Shown here: positions 10,093 through 19,799 of the stretch, piece after piece
Position numbering within the stretch: position 1 is the stretch's first letter
How the letters are laid out: each line of letters begins with the position of its first letter
DNA from: a virus
Taxonomy: Duplodnaviria; Caudoviricetes
Virus record (IMG/VR): IMGVR_UViG_2623620552_000001
Coordinates: 1 to 64,000 of that record
Reading direction: 5' to 3' (one strand)
Length of the DNA: 64,000 nt
Notes under the pieces: model-generated
The model's input: only the letters and a program-made list of their open reading frames with translations
Database searches by the model: none
Told to the model about the DNA's origin: nothing
Program-made: the position numbers and the translations under genes

Positions 10093-13000
10093 ATGAAAGC
10101 AAACGAATTGATGATTGGTGATTGGGTGGAATGTACTTATTGGACTCCATCAAAGCAACTAAAAGTCGCTGAAATTAGACGGATTATGGATGATGAAATT
10201 AAGATAGGTGTTTATTCTGATGATTTGATTTTGATTTTTAGACAGTCAGAAGTGAAGCCAATACCCATAACACCAGAGATTCTTGAAAAGAATGGGTTTA
10301 TAAATTACACTGATTTCTATATGTGGAAAGAAGAATCGTTAGAACCCATTCATCTTGATAACTATGATGAAGACGGGTGGAGGTTGCGTATAAATTGTGA
10401 TAACATTCCGTGCGAATGCAAATATGTGCATCAACTCCAGCACGCATTAAGACTTTGTGGGATTGAAAAAGAAATTGTAGTATGAAAAAATTTAGTTATC
10501 CTATACCAGAAAGAAAGATAGGTGAAGTGTTTACCTATAATGGCAAAACATACAAAGTAATGGATGCAAGTAAACAGCCATTATATAGAGTAACAAGTGC
10601 TGGAGGTAAGCCACTGGGCAAATTTGACATAGGCTGTTGTATAAGAAAGCCTGATACAGGAAATATCGAGAACTTATGTGTCTTTACTGACTATTGTGGA
10701 AAGATAAACAAAAGACATATAGGCTACTGTATGGCTCCTTATAGGAAAGACGGTAATACGGTATACTTTGTAGAAGTAAACAAATAAAAAAAGAAACATT
10801 ATAATTATGGAACAGTTATGAAAGCAACGGAAACAACGATTAAAGTAGAAAAACCTGTGGCATACATTGAGCATAAAGCCACAAAAAGTAGAATACCAGT
10901 ATATATACCTATTAGTTGGTTTAAGAGGTTTATGTTGCGTTTTTGTTTTGGATTAGAATATAATAAAGCTGAATAGATAGATTATGGATAAAGAGAAATG
11001 GCAGTCAATGACTGACGAGCAGAAGACCTCGTATATGAGGAAAGTATTCAAAGAAATGAATATAGGTGACAGTTTTGACTATACTGAATGCCGAAAGCTC
11101 TATGAACGTATGACAGAAGAAAAAGGAGGCACTCATGGAGTATATCACAATCCTTGTATCGTTCTTGAATTGTTTGACCCTATTATGGCTCCTGCTATCT
11201 TGGGTTGGATGTATTGTAACTTTGACGATAATGGTGACTGTGCAGGATATGGAAAGGGAAGCCCAGCACCACTATTCGGATATAATATGGTTGAACTGAC
11301 TTTCGATAAGGGTACGCTTATGGGATTTTCTGATTCAGAAAAGCAAATACTGCGTGAGGCTATAAGTATTATTGGAGAAAAAACAAAGCAGAAAGGAGAA
11401 GAGGCATGAAGGTGGAAACAGAAGATAAATGTCTTAAACCGACTAAATGTTTTTGGTATCACGAGAAAGATAATGAATGTTATGTATCACCTTATGAGGG
11501 ATGTATAAGAAATAAAGCACAGAAAGGAGAATAGCGTATGGATATGATATACATAGCAATAATAATGCACGCAACAATTCTAAGCAGTGCAATCATAGCA
11601 GCAAGTTATATATTAAGAAAGTAAGCGTATGACAAACAAAGAAGCAATAAAATTCTTACAGCAACTCTATCCAAACGGTGGTCACTGTTGGCTTGATGAA
11701 CAGAGAATAGAAGCTATTGGCATGGCTGTAAAAGCTTTGCAAGAAGAGCCTGTCGCACCCAAAGTACTGAAAGACATACTTAATGCAAAAACTGCCGCTG
11801 AAAGCCTCGGTATCTCACAGGAAGAGCATGACAGGATTGTTGATGAACTTATCTATGGCAAAGAGCCAGAGTTGGTAGATGTAGATGATTTGCCAGAAGA
11901 AGAGCCTGTAAGCGAGGACTTGAAAACAGAACTCAACAAGTATATCAAAGACTATTTTACTATTGACACAGAACAACTTGATAGGTTTGGTATTGAAGAG
12001 AAGGACTATATTTATTCGATGGACAAGAGTGATATGCTTGCGTTGGCTGAACATTTCACTAACTGGCAGAAATCAAATCTTTGGAAACCTGCCGATGGAG
12101 AGGATTTGCCAGAGTATGACAGAGAGGTTATAGCCTTGATTAAGTATAATGCACAGCACAATATCCATGATGAGGAATATCCTACTTATAGAGTTGGATT
12201 TGGTCATAGACCAGACCCTAAAGGATGGGATGGCAAGAGTGTTACCACAGGACAGGTAGAGCACTATACGCCTAAGACCTATGACAAAGGTGATTGGAAT
12301 ATTCCAGATATTGTTTATTGGTTAGATGTTGAACTTCCAAAAGAAATAGAACTATGAGTAAAGCAGAAGAATTTATACAGGACTACACAAGGAATTGTAG
12401 CAATGAATTTGAACCACAAAAAGCCCCACCATCAGTTTACAATCCTTGGCTAACACCAAATGAAGCAAGAAAGGCTGTGGAGATTGCAAGGGAAGAAGTG
12501 ATTGAAAAGGCTTGTGAGTATCTTGACTTACATTGTAATGAGGTAAAGACTGAAGACAATGGCATAGCTGGCTGGATTGATAATGAGTTTATTGATAACT
12601 TTAGAAAAGCAATGAGAAATGAGATACAAGATAAAGTACAAAGACCTCATAAGAAAATTTAAGCCTTTTGCAGATAATAAGGTGGTTATGGTAGCTTCTA
12701 ATGGAGAAGTATCTTTCTATGATGAAGAAGGAATGTTTCGTATCACACACCTTGTAGAGAAAGATGATGGAGAACTTGTAAGGGTAGTAGAGGATAATGA
12801 ATTATGAGCAAAGAAAACAAACACATCTACACGCTTGAACTAACAGAGCGTCAGGCGAAACTACTGTCGTATGCCTGTGACCAGTTCACACGGCTAATAC
12901 AAGGGCAAGACAATGCCTTTCAAGACCTCTTTGAGGAAGCCTGGGAGAAAAGGGCGTTACTACACGCAGGAGATAGTATGCACAAGGAATGGGATGGTGG

Positions 13001-13808
13001 CTGGTATAATATGCGCCACGAAGCGGAGAAGATAGCCAACGACATCAAGAAACGTTTCTGGGGACTTGATAGGCAAACGCTCAACGGAATACACTATGAC
13101 GATACTGCGGACATCCTTTGGGATATTCATCGCGTTCTTAGACATCAGTTCTACTTAGACAGAGGCGACACGTCTATTGCTACCGTGGATAGCGAGAACC
13201 CGACAAGTTCCGTCGGTTCTGAGCCGCTTTCTATTGTTAGACGGGCAGATATACCAACCGAGGACTTAAAAGCTGATATCGCCCGTTTGTATGCCGAAAT
13301 CGACAAGTGTATCAGTGACCTCGTAGTAGCGAGAGGCAAACGTGATGACAAAGGCATATCCGATGCCCATTGGAAAATGGAGTCTCTTATGGTAAAAGCG
13401 CAACAAGAGTTTCAGGTTATTTACGAATTCTTAAGCAAATGAATATGGAAGCAAAAGAATTTAGGTCAGTAGGCAAGATGTACAAGAAGATTGCGGGCAA
13501 ACGATACAGACTACCGCGAAAGGTCAAAAAACGCTTCAAGACCAATATGTGCAAGCATGGTTTGGACATCAAAAAGCTAAAGTTTAGTTACAAACGCTTA
13601 AATATGGATATGTATGGAAAGACTAAATGACAACGAAGTAAAAGAAGTTGCGAGAATGCAACAGATGATAGATTTATACGAAGGATTTATCTGCGCTTTA
13701 CACATGATGATGTTGAGCGAAAAAGAAATTAACTATCCACAATTTACCGACACCAACTTTGACAAGGAAATGAATAAAATATGGCGATGGGTAAAAGAAC
13801 ACAAATGA
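10093..13808 (+). CDS. Cluster of hypothetical accessory early genes (10093-10485, 10482-10787, 10984-11409, 11629-12357, 12354-12662, 12619-12807, 12804-13442, ~13439-13630, 13614-13808)
   Basis: Co-oriented ORFs with overlapping starts and stops; no function recognised. Confidence 0.65.
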
Positions 13809-14179
13809 ATATGGAATGGAAATTTCGCGGCTGGGATGCCACAGGTAACAAAGGTTGGGTTTACGGCGATTTGGTACACAATCAGAAAATTACAAAGACA
13901 GGCTTAGAGCCGAGAGTTATGGTAGGAGGCTATGAGGTCGTGCCGGAGAGCGTAGGCTTGTGGACTGGCAGAAAAGACAGCAATGGCAAAGATATCTTTG
14001 TCGGCGACATCCTTAGAGACGCATGGGACCTTGTCAATGAAGTAATATGGGATGATGATGCCGCTGGCGTGTATCTCTACTATAAAGACATATACTCTAC
14101 TTTTATGGATAAAGAATATGAGCATATGGAGATTATCGGCAATAACTTTCTGAACAAAGAACTTTTGGATAATGAATAA
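13781..14179 (+). CDS. YopX-family protein
   Basis: KFRGWD...WVYGDL...SVGLWTGRKDSNGKDIFVGDI...EIIGN; start probably 13805 or 13811. Confidence 0.85.
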   Translation: MAMGKRTQMNMEWKFRGWDATGNKGWVYGDLVHNQKITKTGLEPRVMVGGYEVVPESVGLWTGRKDSNGKDIFVGDILRDAWDLVNEVIWDDDAAGVYLYYKDIYSTFMDKEYEHMEIIGNNFLNKELLDNE

Positions 14180-14794
14180 CAAAAAGCTGAAAGACCTTAG
14201 AAAGGATGATAGAATATGGTATTGGCATTTCACTTGTACAACACCTATCTATGTAGAGAGCATAAAGCGTGAAGGTGACCTGATGCGCATTAAGGTAAAG
14301 TGGGACGAAGCGGAATTTGAATGCTTCGGACACGCATTAGGCGTAACTTGTGTAGGACATAACAGGAAACTCAGAGAAGATATTATGTTTACCTGTTCTT
14401 ACGACATTTCCAAGAATAACGAAGAAAAGAGGCAGAAGATAAAAGCACTTCTTCCTGTATTGAGTGATTTAACCAAAAGAATAGAAAAGTTATGAAAGAG
14501 AAAGAAGAGAAATACTGCGGCGAATGCTGCTGGTTTTACGGAGAGGACACCTACGGATACGGAAGTTGCCCGTTCCGCTTTGCAGATATTCATGAGTGCG
14601 GACAACAATGTGACACACCGACGAAGTATGTCAGCAAGACACAGATGCGCCACTATCAGGCTATACTATTGCAAGCAAATAGGTATCGCAGGGATGATAA
14701 CGTTCCTGCCATCTATAAAATGCCAGACACGAAAGAACTTGGCAAGGCGATAGACTTTGCTTTTGAATATATAAAAGTATTCAGCAACCTATGA
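14172..14794 (+). CDS. Two hypothetical proteins (14172-14495; Cys-rich 14492-14794)
   Basis: ORF track; end of the + strand early block. Confidence 0.6.
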
Positions 14795-14799
14795 AAGAA

Positions 14800-14827
14800 A
14801 ACAGCCTGTCCTCACGGATGGGCTGTT
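14800..14827. terminator. Probable bidirectional terminator between converging early and lysis transcripts
   Basis: AACAGCCTGTCC-TCAC-GGATGGGCTGTT hairpin; U-rich tail on the - strand. Confidence 0.7.
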
Positions 14828-15007
14828 GTCTATTAAAACCTAAAACTATTACTAAAAACTCCTAAATCCATTCAACCTTTTAGACTGCGCTCACGGGCTA
14901 TCCAAAAGTGAACTAAACAAATACATGAAAAAACTATTACTAAAACAAATACATAAAAATGAACGTTTACATACCTCTGTATGCCGTTAATGCTAAAAAC
15001 ACACAAT

Positions 15008-15499
15008 TCATGAAATTATTTTTCTCCTTATCCATCTAATCATCATCACGATAGCCGCAATGATGACGGCGATGGTTACGCCTGTTGTTACCTTTCCGAA
15101 ATCAAGGCAGAACTGCTCCCATTTGTTGAGATTCCTCTCGACTGGATATGGGGTACGGATGGAATCAGTCTTGATAAACGAGTCCACTACGACACGCTCT
15201 TTCCATCGGTCTATATATTTGGTATGCCATTTCTCATACCATACCGTATCACCTTTTGAGTGAATGAAAACGGAGTCCTTGACGAGAACCGAGTCTTTTT
15301 GAATGAACGTGTCCGTCTTGGTAACATACTCCGTTTTCACCGTTTCCACGGGGATATACTGAACGCTCTTGCATCCGCATAAGAGGAAGAGCAAGAGTAT
15401 CATCATGGCTATCATAGGTCCGGAACAGCCGTTGTTATAGTAACCATCCCTCCCGTAGGTTTTCAAGAACCAATATGAATAACTCCTTTGTGTAATCAT
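15008..15499 (-). CDS. Unimolecular spanin-like lipoprotein
   Basis: Hydrophobic signal with lipobox LLCG/C, beta-rich middle and C-terminal TM helix; directly after the endolysin. True start is probably the internal MIAMM. Confidence 0.75.
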   Translation of the reverse strand: MITQRSYSYWFLKTYGRDGYYNNGCSGPMIAMMILLLFLLCGCKSVQYIPVETVKTEYVTKTDTFIQKDSVLVKDSVFIHSKGDTVWYEKWHTKYIDRWKERVVVDSFIKTDSIRTPYPVERNLNKWEQFCLDFGKVTTGVTIAVIIAAIVMMIRWIRRKIIS

Positions 15500-16119
15500 A
15501 GTCCAAATTCTCGTTTAAATCTTCTAAGATAGTACATTCTTTCGCTAAGTCCATTTGTACCGCCATTGATACGCTTTGTTACGGCTATCGCATCATCCCT
15601 ATCTGCAAGCTGATTACAACCATTGGCGTACCAAAACCACATCGCACTCTTATAAGCGCCAGGACTCTGTGCAAGCCATTCGGGATGTTCGCTTACCTTT
15701 CCATTGCAGAATCCGCTTTTCTCATAGGCTATAACGTTGGACTTGCCAGTTATCTGCACTATACCACGTCCACGATATTTCCATCCATCACCACTCTTTT
15801 CATCTCCATTACCCATGCGATTTGCGTAGACTCTATTGGCGATCTTCTCTGGCTGACGTGCATAGTCTTTTACGTTCTCCTTATTAAAATATTTCGGGAA
15901 AACCTTTAATAAGCCATCGGCAGAGTAATTCAGATTCTCTTCAACGGCATTGAGGGCATTACTTTCATGGAAGAATTGAGCGAGCGCATGAGCTGTCCTT
16001 AGTGGTGTGTTGATGCCAAAACGTTCAGCCCATTCGTTAAACACCTTCACGAGCTCCAAGGCCCTTGTCTTATTGGTTTTTGGCACTGCTCTTAATAACT
16101 GTGACTGATTAATTATCAT
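15496..16119 (-). CDS. Endolysin, glycoside hydrolase family 19
   Basis: AQFFHES, EENLNYS, YRGRGIVQITGKSN, TKRINGGTNGL. Confidence 0.93.
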   Translation of the reverse strand: MIINQSQLLRAVPKTNKTRALELVKVFNEWAERFGINTPLRTAHALAQFFHESNALNAVEENLNYSADGLLKVFPKYFNKENVKDYARQPEKIANRVYANRMGNGDEKSGDGWKYRGRGIVQITGKSNVIAYEKSGFCNGKVSEHPEWLAQSPGAYKSAMWFWYANGCNQLADRDDAIAVTKRINGGTNGLSERMYYLRRFKREFGL

Positions 16120-16135
16120 AATAGGTTGATGTTAT

Positions 16136-16423
16136 TTAGTTATCGTCTTTATCCAATATGGTGTTACGGCTCTCCTTGTCGGGATATGTCTGCGTGAACT
16201 TGGCACAGAAGGCTGCTCCGGCACTTGTTCCTACCAAGTAGGGGTAGATGTCAAGCCACCACTCATGGGGCTGTGCTCCTGCGGCTATCATACCTTCATT
16301 GATGGCTATGGCAAGACCGCCGATGAAAGCGGCTACACCAAAGACCCACTTGAAGAACTTAGGCATCTTGTTCCGCCAACGGCTCACAATCTCGTTTCCT
16401 GTGTTCTTGATTTGCTCTCCCAT
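16136..16423 (-). CDS. Putative holin
   Basis: Two TM segments, charged C-terminus, immediately upstream of the endolysin. Confidence 0.65.
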   Translation of the reverse strand: MGEQIKNTGNEIVSRWRNKMPKFFKWVFGVAAFIGGLAIAINEGMIAAGAQPHEWWLDIYPYLVGTSAGAAFCAKFTQTYPDKESRNTILDKDDN

Positions 16424-16427
16424 GGTC

Positions 16428-16808
16428 TTACTTCTTGTTCTTCTTTATCTTCACCCCCTTGTCTGATGCCTCTACCATACTATTGAAACTGTTGAGTTCC
16501 GATGTAAGCCGTGAGAACTGCTTAACCATTTCAATCTTTAGCTCGTTGATAGTATTCAACAGCTCGTCGTATTTCTTCGAGTGAGATTCCTGTCGCGTTT
16601 CCATCTTCTTGACCTTTTCCTCAAGGATGGTGTTAAGGTGCATCTGCTGGGCTACCTCGTCGGTCATCTCCTTACATTTCTCGTCCATAGACTTCGACTT
16701 CTCTTTCAGAAGCCGAACATCAGTACGCAGGTTGTTGATGAAGCCCACGTACATCACAACGGCAGCGACTAAGGCTGCTATTATCTCATTGATGATAGCC
16801 TGTTCCAC
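16428..16808 (-). CDS. N-terminal TM plus coiled-coil lysis-cassette protein (holin/antiholin-like)
   Basis: Single TM (IIAALVAAVVMYVGFI) followed by heptad repeats. Confidence 0.55.
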   Translation of the reverse strand: MEQAIINEIIAALVAAVVMYVGFINNLRTDVRLLKEKSKSMDEKCKEMTDEVAQQMHLNTILEEKVKKMETRQESHSKKYDELLNTINELKIEMVKQFSRLTSELNSFNSMVEASDKGVKIKKNKK

Positions 16809-16811
16809 TCT

Positions 16812-16991
16812 CTACTCCTCCTTCTTCCTGTTGTGCCACACATGTATCATGTACAATGGTATCAACACAGGCCAGAAAATACTATACCAAATCGTCTCGA
16901 ACTTGCTCTTACCCCATCCCTTGATAACCTGATAGGCTAATACGATGCTTACAAGGTAAAGAATACCTACGATAATCCAAACTGTTTCCAT
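16812..16991 (-). CDS. 59-aa two-TM membrane protein, paralog A (not in the ORF track)
   Basis: METVWIIVGILYLVSIVLAYQVIKGWGKSKFETIWYSIFWPVLIPLYMIHVWHNRKKEE, translated by hand. Confidence 0.75.
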   Translation of the reverse strand: METVWIIVGILYLVSIVLAYQVIKGWGKSKFETIWYSIFWPVLIPLYMIHVWHNRKKEE

Positions 16992-17062
16992 AATCCTACA
17001 ATCTTTAGTTAAAAATGTTATCCTTCTCGCTTTTCTACTAAAGTAGAAAGTATATTCCGCTA

Positions 17063-17070
17063 CAAAGATA
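17063..17070 (-). promoter_or_regulatory. -7 element TATCTTTG upstream of paralog A and the lysis genes
   Basis: Matches TAnnTTTG, intergenic, downstream of a terminator. Confidence 0.5.
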
Positions 17071-17140
17071 ATCTTTTTATTCGATAATCGTATATCTTTT
17101 CACGAAAAAGTGCGTACAATTTGCAAAATGTGACAAAGAA

Positions 17141-17172
17141 GGAACAGCCGACACTTTTCCGTCAGCCGTTCC
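17141..17172 (-). terminator. Rho-independent terminator
   Basis: On -: GGAACGGCTGAC-loop-GTCGGCTGTTCC followed by TTCTTT. Confidence 0.65.
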
Positions 17173-17187
17173 TCTTTCTGACAACAC

Positions 17188-17367
17188 TTAGCTGTTGTGT
17201 ATCTTATGAATGAGATACAATGGGATTAGCACAGGCCAGAAGATAGTGTACCAGATGGTCTCAAAGGTGCTCTTGCCCCACTTCTTAATCTTCTTGTAGG
17301 CAGGGATGAATCCTATAATCCATATCACTGCTGCTACGATTCCTACATTAATCCAAAAATCCTCCAT
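17188..17367 (-). CDS. 59-aa two-TM membrane protein, paralog B (not in the ORF track)
   Basis: MEDFWINVGIVAAVIWIIGFIPAYKKIKKWGKSTFETIWYTIFWPVLIPLYLIHKIHNS. Confidence 0.75.
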   Translation of the reverse strand: MEDFWINVGIVAAVIWIIGFIPAYKKIKKWGKSTFETIWYTIFWPVLIPLYLIHKIHNS

Positions 17368-17394
17368 AGTCTGATAAATTTAAATTGTTAATTA

Positions 17395-17793
17395 CTATTC
17401 TGCCGAAACAGCAGACATTACCTCGTCAGCAACCAGCTTGGCTTTCACTCTCCATGCTTGCATATCATCCATCTCAGCCTTGGCATCCTCGTCTTCTGGG
17501 TTAGCGAGGTAGTTGTTCTGGACTGCCTGCATCACATCATTGGGATAGCCTGCTGTGACAATTGCATCAACAATCCTGCTGCGGGTAAGAGGTGCATCAA
17601 GACGTACCACATAGGCTTCCCATATCTTCCGCTTGATGGTTTCCTCTCCACCCATTGATGGATACTCTTTCTCTACCTCCTCAACATCGAAGTTGATGCG
17701 TACCTGAGTGCCTTCATGTGCAATTAACGAAGGCTGTAAGTCAAATTCCGATTTTCTCATAATAAAACCTCCTATAAATTTGTAAGAAATCAA
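17395..17793 (-). CDS. Hypothetical protein directly downstream of the DGR RT (possible fibre chaperone/accessory)
   Basis: Acidic ~120-aa ORF; likely start 17760 (MRKSEF). Confidence 0.65.
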   Translation of the reverse strand: MISYKFIGGFIMRKSEFDLQPSLIAHEGTQVRINFDVEEVEKEYPSMGGEETIKRKIWEAYVVRLDAPLTRSRIVDAIVTAGYPNDVMQAVQNNYLANPEDEDAKAEMDDMQAWRVKAKLVADEVMSAVSAE

Positions 17794-17794
17794 T

Positions 17795-19204
17795 TTAATC
17801 TGATATGTCGTAGTCGGGATAGCCCGAAGCGTTCCTGTTCACTATCTTCCCGCGGAAAGGCAGTGCGTCATGCTCAAAGACATACTGGAATATCTGAAGC
17901 AGCCTCGGCCCGCTTGTCATGAATTTAAGCATCTTCCCTTGCGCATTCCTCACCTGTATCCAGGCGGCAGGCTTACCAAACTTGGATTGCAAGCCAAGCT
18001 CCACATCAAGAAACTCAAGTGGCTCATTAGCGATGGTGTCTATCGCCGTCCTCGTTCCTTGCAGTATGCGCTTGCCGTTGGCATCACGCTTCTCATATTC
18101 CGGTATTTGCAAATCCTTGAAAGATTTCATATTCATTACTTTACACCATAGATTAAATCCATTGCAGTGTTGCAACCACCCTTTGTAGCTTGCGGCTACC
18201 CTGTACTTATGTAAAGGCTCCATGAGTCGTGCCATCTTACGCTTGAACTTTTTCTTCATCCGCTTGCGCAGTTGGATATGTTCTATAAAGAACACATAAC
18301 CTACGAAGTCGAGCCCGTGACGGCTGTCGATTATCTGCACCCCTATGTTTTCATGCAATGGTTGGCACATCACGTCAGCGGCATAGTGCCTGATGAAGTT
18401 GACAGCCTTCCAAACCTCTTTCTTTGAAGTTCCCATCACCACGACATCATCACAGTATATCTCAATGAATACATCAAATCGGGATGCTGTCTCACGGCAT
18501 AAGTCGCAACTGTAGAAATTGGCTATCGGCTGTATGGGGTATAATCCTATGCCGAGTCCTCTCTCGCAGGCGGAGATAATCTCCCATAGAAGATATCTTA
18601 TGCCTTTATTGCCGAACTTACGTGCTATGCGGTTATAGCATTTCACTTGGTCGATGTTATGGTAGTACTTCACAAAATCAAGTTTGGAATAGTAAAGTCT
18701 TCCTGCTTTCTTGTGCTTGTCTATCCACTTTTCTGTGCGACGGGCGGCGAAGTGCATTCCCTTGCCCTCTATTGAGGCACTGCTGTCGTAGTAGTAGTGT
18801 CGCATCAATATCGGCATGATGACACGCATCAGTGCATGGTGTTCTATATGGTCTGGGAAATACGGCAACTTATGAAGCCGGCGCATCTTTCCACAAGGAC
18901 ACCACTGCTCTACTTCCTGTCCAGGCGATGTATGATAAGTTCCTGTCATTAGCATCTTCTGAAGGTTGTCAAGGTTCTTGTCACGTTCCTTGTCGAAGAG
19001 ACGGACACCCTTGTGACCTCCTTTGCGCTTGCGAGCCTCACGGTCTGCCTCTATCAGGTTGTACATCTGCCACACCTGTTCTATGCGTACCTTGCGGTTC
19101 TTTCCACGCTTACTATATGTCAGTTCCTTTTCTTCCATCATACATGATAATTTCTCACGGCCTTCTACACTTTTGGCTACCGAGCGTTCGGTATAGGCGC
19201 ACAA
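17795..19204 (-). CDS. DGR reverse transcriptase with fused C-terminal domain
   Basis: GKMRRLHKLPYFPDHIEHHAL, ASIEGKGMH, KLDFVKYY, GLGIGLYPIQ, YCDD, GLDFVGY; adjacent TR/VR pair; likely start 19141 or 19138. Confidence 0.95.
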   Translation of the reverse strand: MCAYTERSVAKSVEGREKLSCMMEEKELTYSKRGKNRKVRIEQVWQMYNLIEADREARKRKGGHKGVRLFDKERDKNLDNLQKMLMTGTYHTSPGQEVEQWCPCGKMRRLHKLPYFPDHIEHHALMRVIMPILMRHYYYDSSASIEGKGMHFAARRTEKWIDKHKKAGRLYYSKLDFVKYYHNIDQVKCYNRIARKFGNKGIRYLLWEIISACERGLGIGLYPIQPIANFYSCDLCRETASRFDVFIEIYCDDVVVMGTSKKEVWKAVNFIRHYAADVMCQPLHENIGVQIIDSRHGLDFVGYVFFIEHIQLRKRMKKKFKRKMARLMEPLHKYRVAASYKGWLQHCNGFNLWCKVMNMKSFKDLQIPEYEKRDANGKRILQGTRTAIDTIANEPLEFLDVELGLQSKFGKPAAWIQVRNAQGKMLKFMTSGPRLLQIFQYVFEHDALPFRGKIVNRNASGYPDYDISD

Positions 19205-19361
19205 CTGCCTTGCTTACTTGCACAGCGGGACTTTGTTTCATACCCAATGCCTTTTATTTTTGCTCTGTCGGGTGTTACCCCTCCATCGAGACAGGTTCAA
19301 TCGTGTGACCGGCCCGTAACTTGGGACGCGTCCCCGTATATTTTTTTATAGTGTCGAATTT

Positions 19362-19471
19362 CAGGCGAGCCCCGATATTGTCATTCGCGTTCGAGAAAGC
19401 GTTATTCGAATTCGCGTACGAAAGACCGCATTGCGAACCGTTGTTCGCGTTACTGCCAACAATCAGGAGCT
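19362..19471 (-). ncRNA. DGR template repeat (TR)
   Basis: 110-bp near-copy of 19846-19955; all 21 differences are at TR adenines (- strand); rich in AAC/AAT codons. Confidence 0.97.
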
Positions 19472-19775
19472 CCACGATATGTCACCTTTTCGGAGGTTCT
19501 TTATGCCTCCTCGCCAACGCTATACGTTCCAAGGAAGAAGAAGGTTGTATAAAACTACCTTAGAACACGTCAGCGTAACTTGTATGTATCTTTCCGTGAT
19601 ACTTTCCTTATGGGTGCAAATTGTCAAAGAGCAACGTTTCTAATCTGGCGATTTTTCTAAATTGTTAATACTTTTTTGTCATTTCTCTTTTTTTTGTTAG
19701 GCGGAAGCCTGCCGGATTTTCAGAAAGCGACGCTTCCCGATTTCGCTTTTCGCTTCGCTCCGACAGGCTCCGGCC

Positions 19776-19799
19776 CAATGCTTGCCTACGCAAGCATTG
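19776..19799 (-). promoter_or_regulatory. Perfect 10-bp hairpin downstream of VR (candidate DGR homing cruciform)
   Basis: CAATGCTTGC-CTAC-GCAAGCATTG; the loop contains the target gene stop codon. Confidence 0.7.

Noticed and set aside
17795-19204. RT as group II intron, retron or Abi RT
   Set aside because: The adjacent TR/VR pair with A-only mismatches identifies a DGR; no intron domain V/VI or retron VTG motif was seen.
19356-19361. Extending TR by 6 nt (AAA TTC versus GCC TTC)
   Set aside because: Formally three more A mismatches, but mutagenising an AAA codon could create stops; treated as the IMH*/IMH boundary rather than core TR.
19275-19475. 66-aa ORF resembling the target C-terminus
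   Set aside because: It is the reading frame of the TR, an Asn-rich copy of VR; best explained as template RNA rather than a protein gene.
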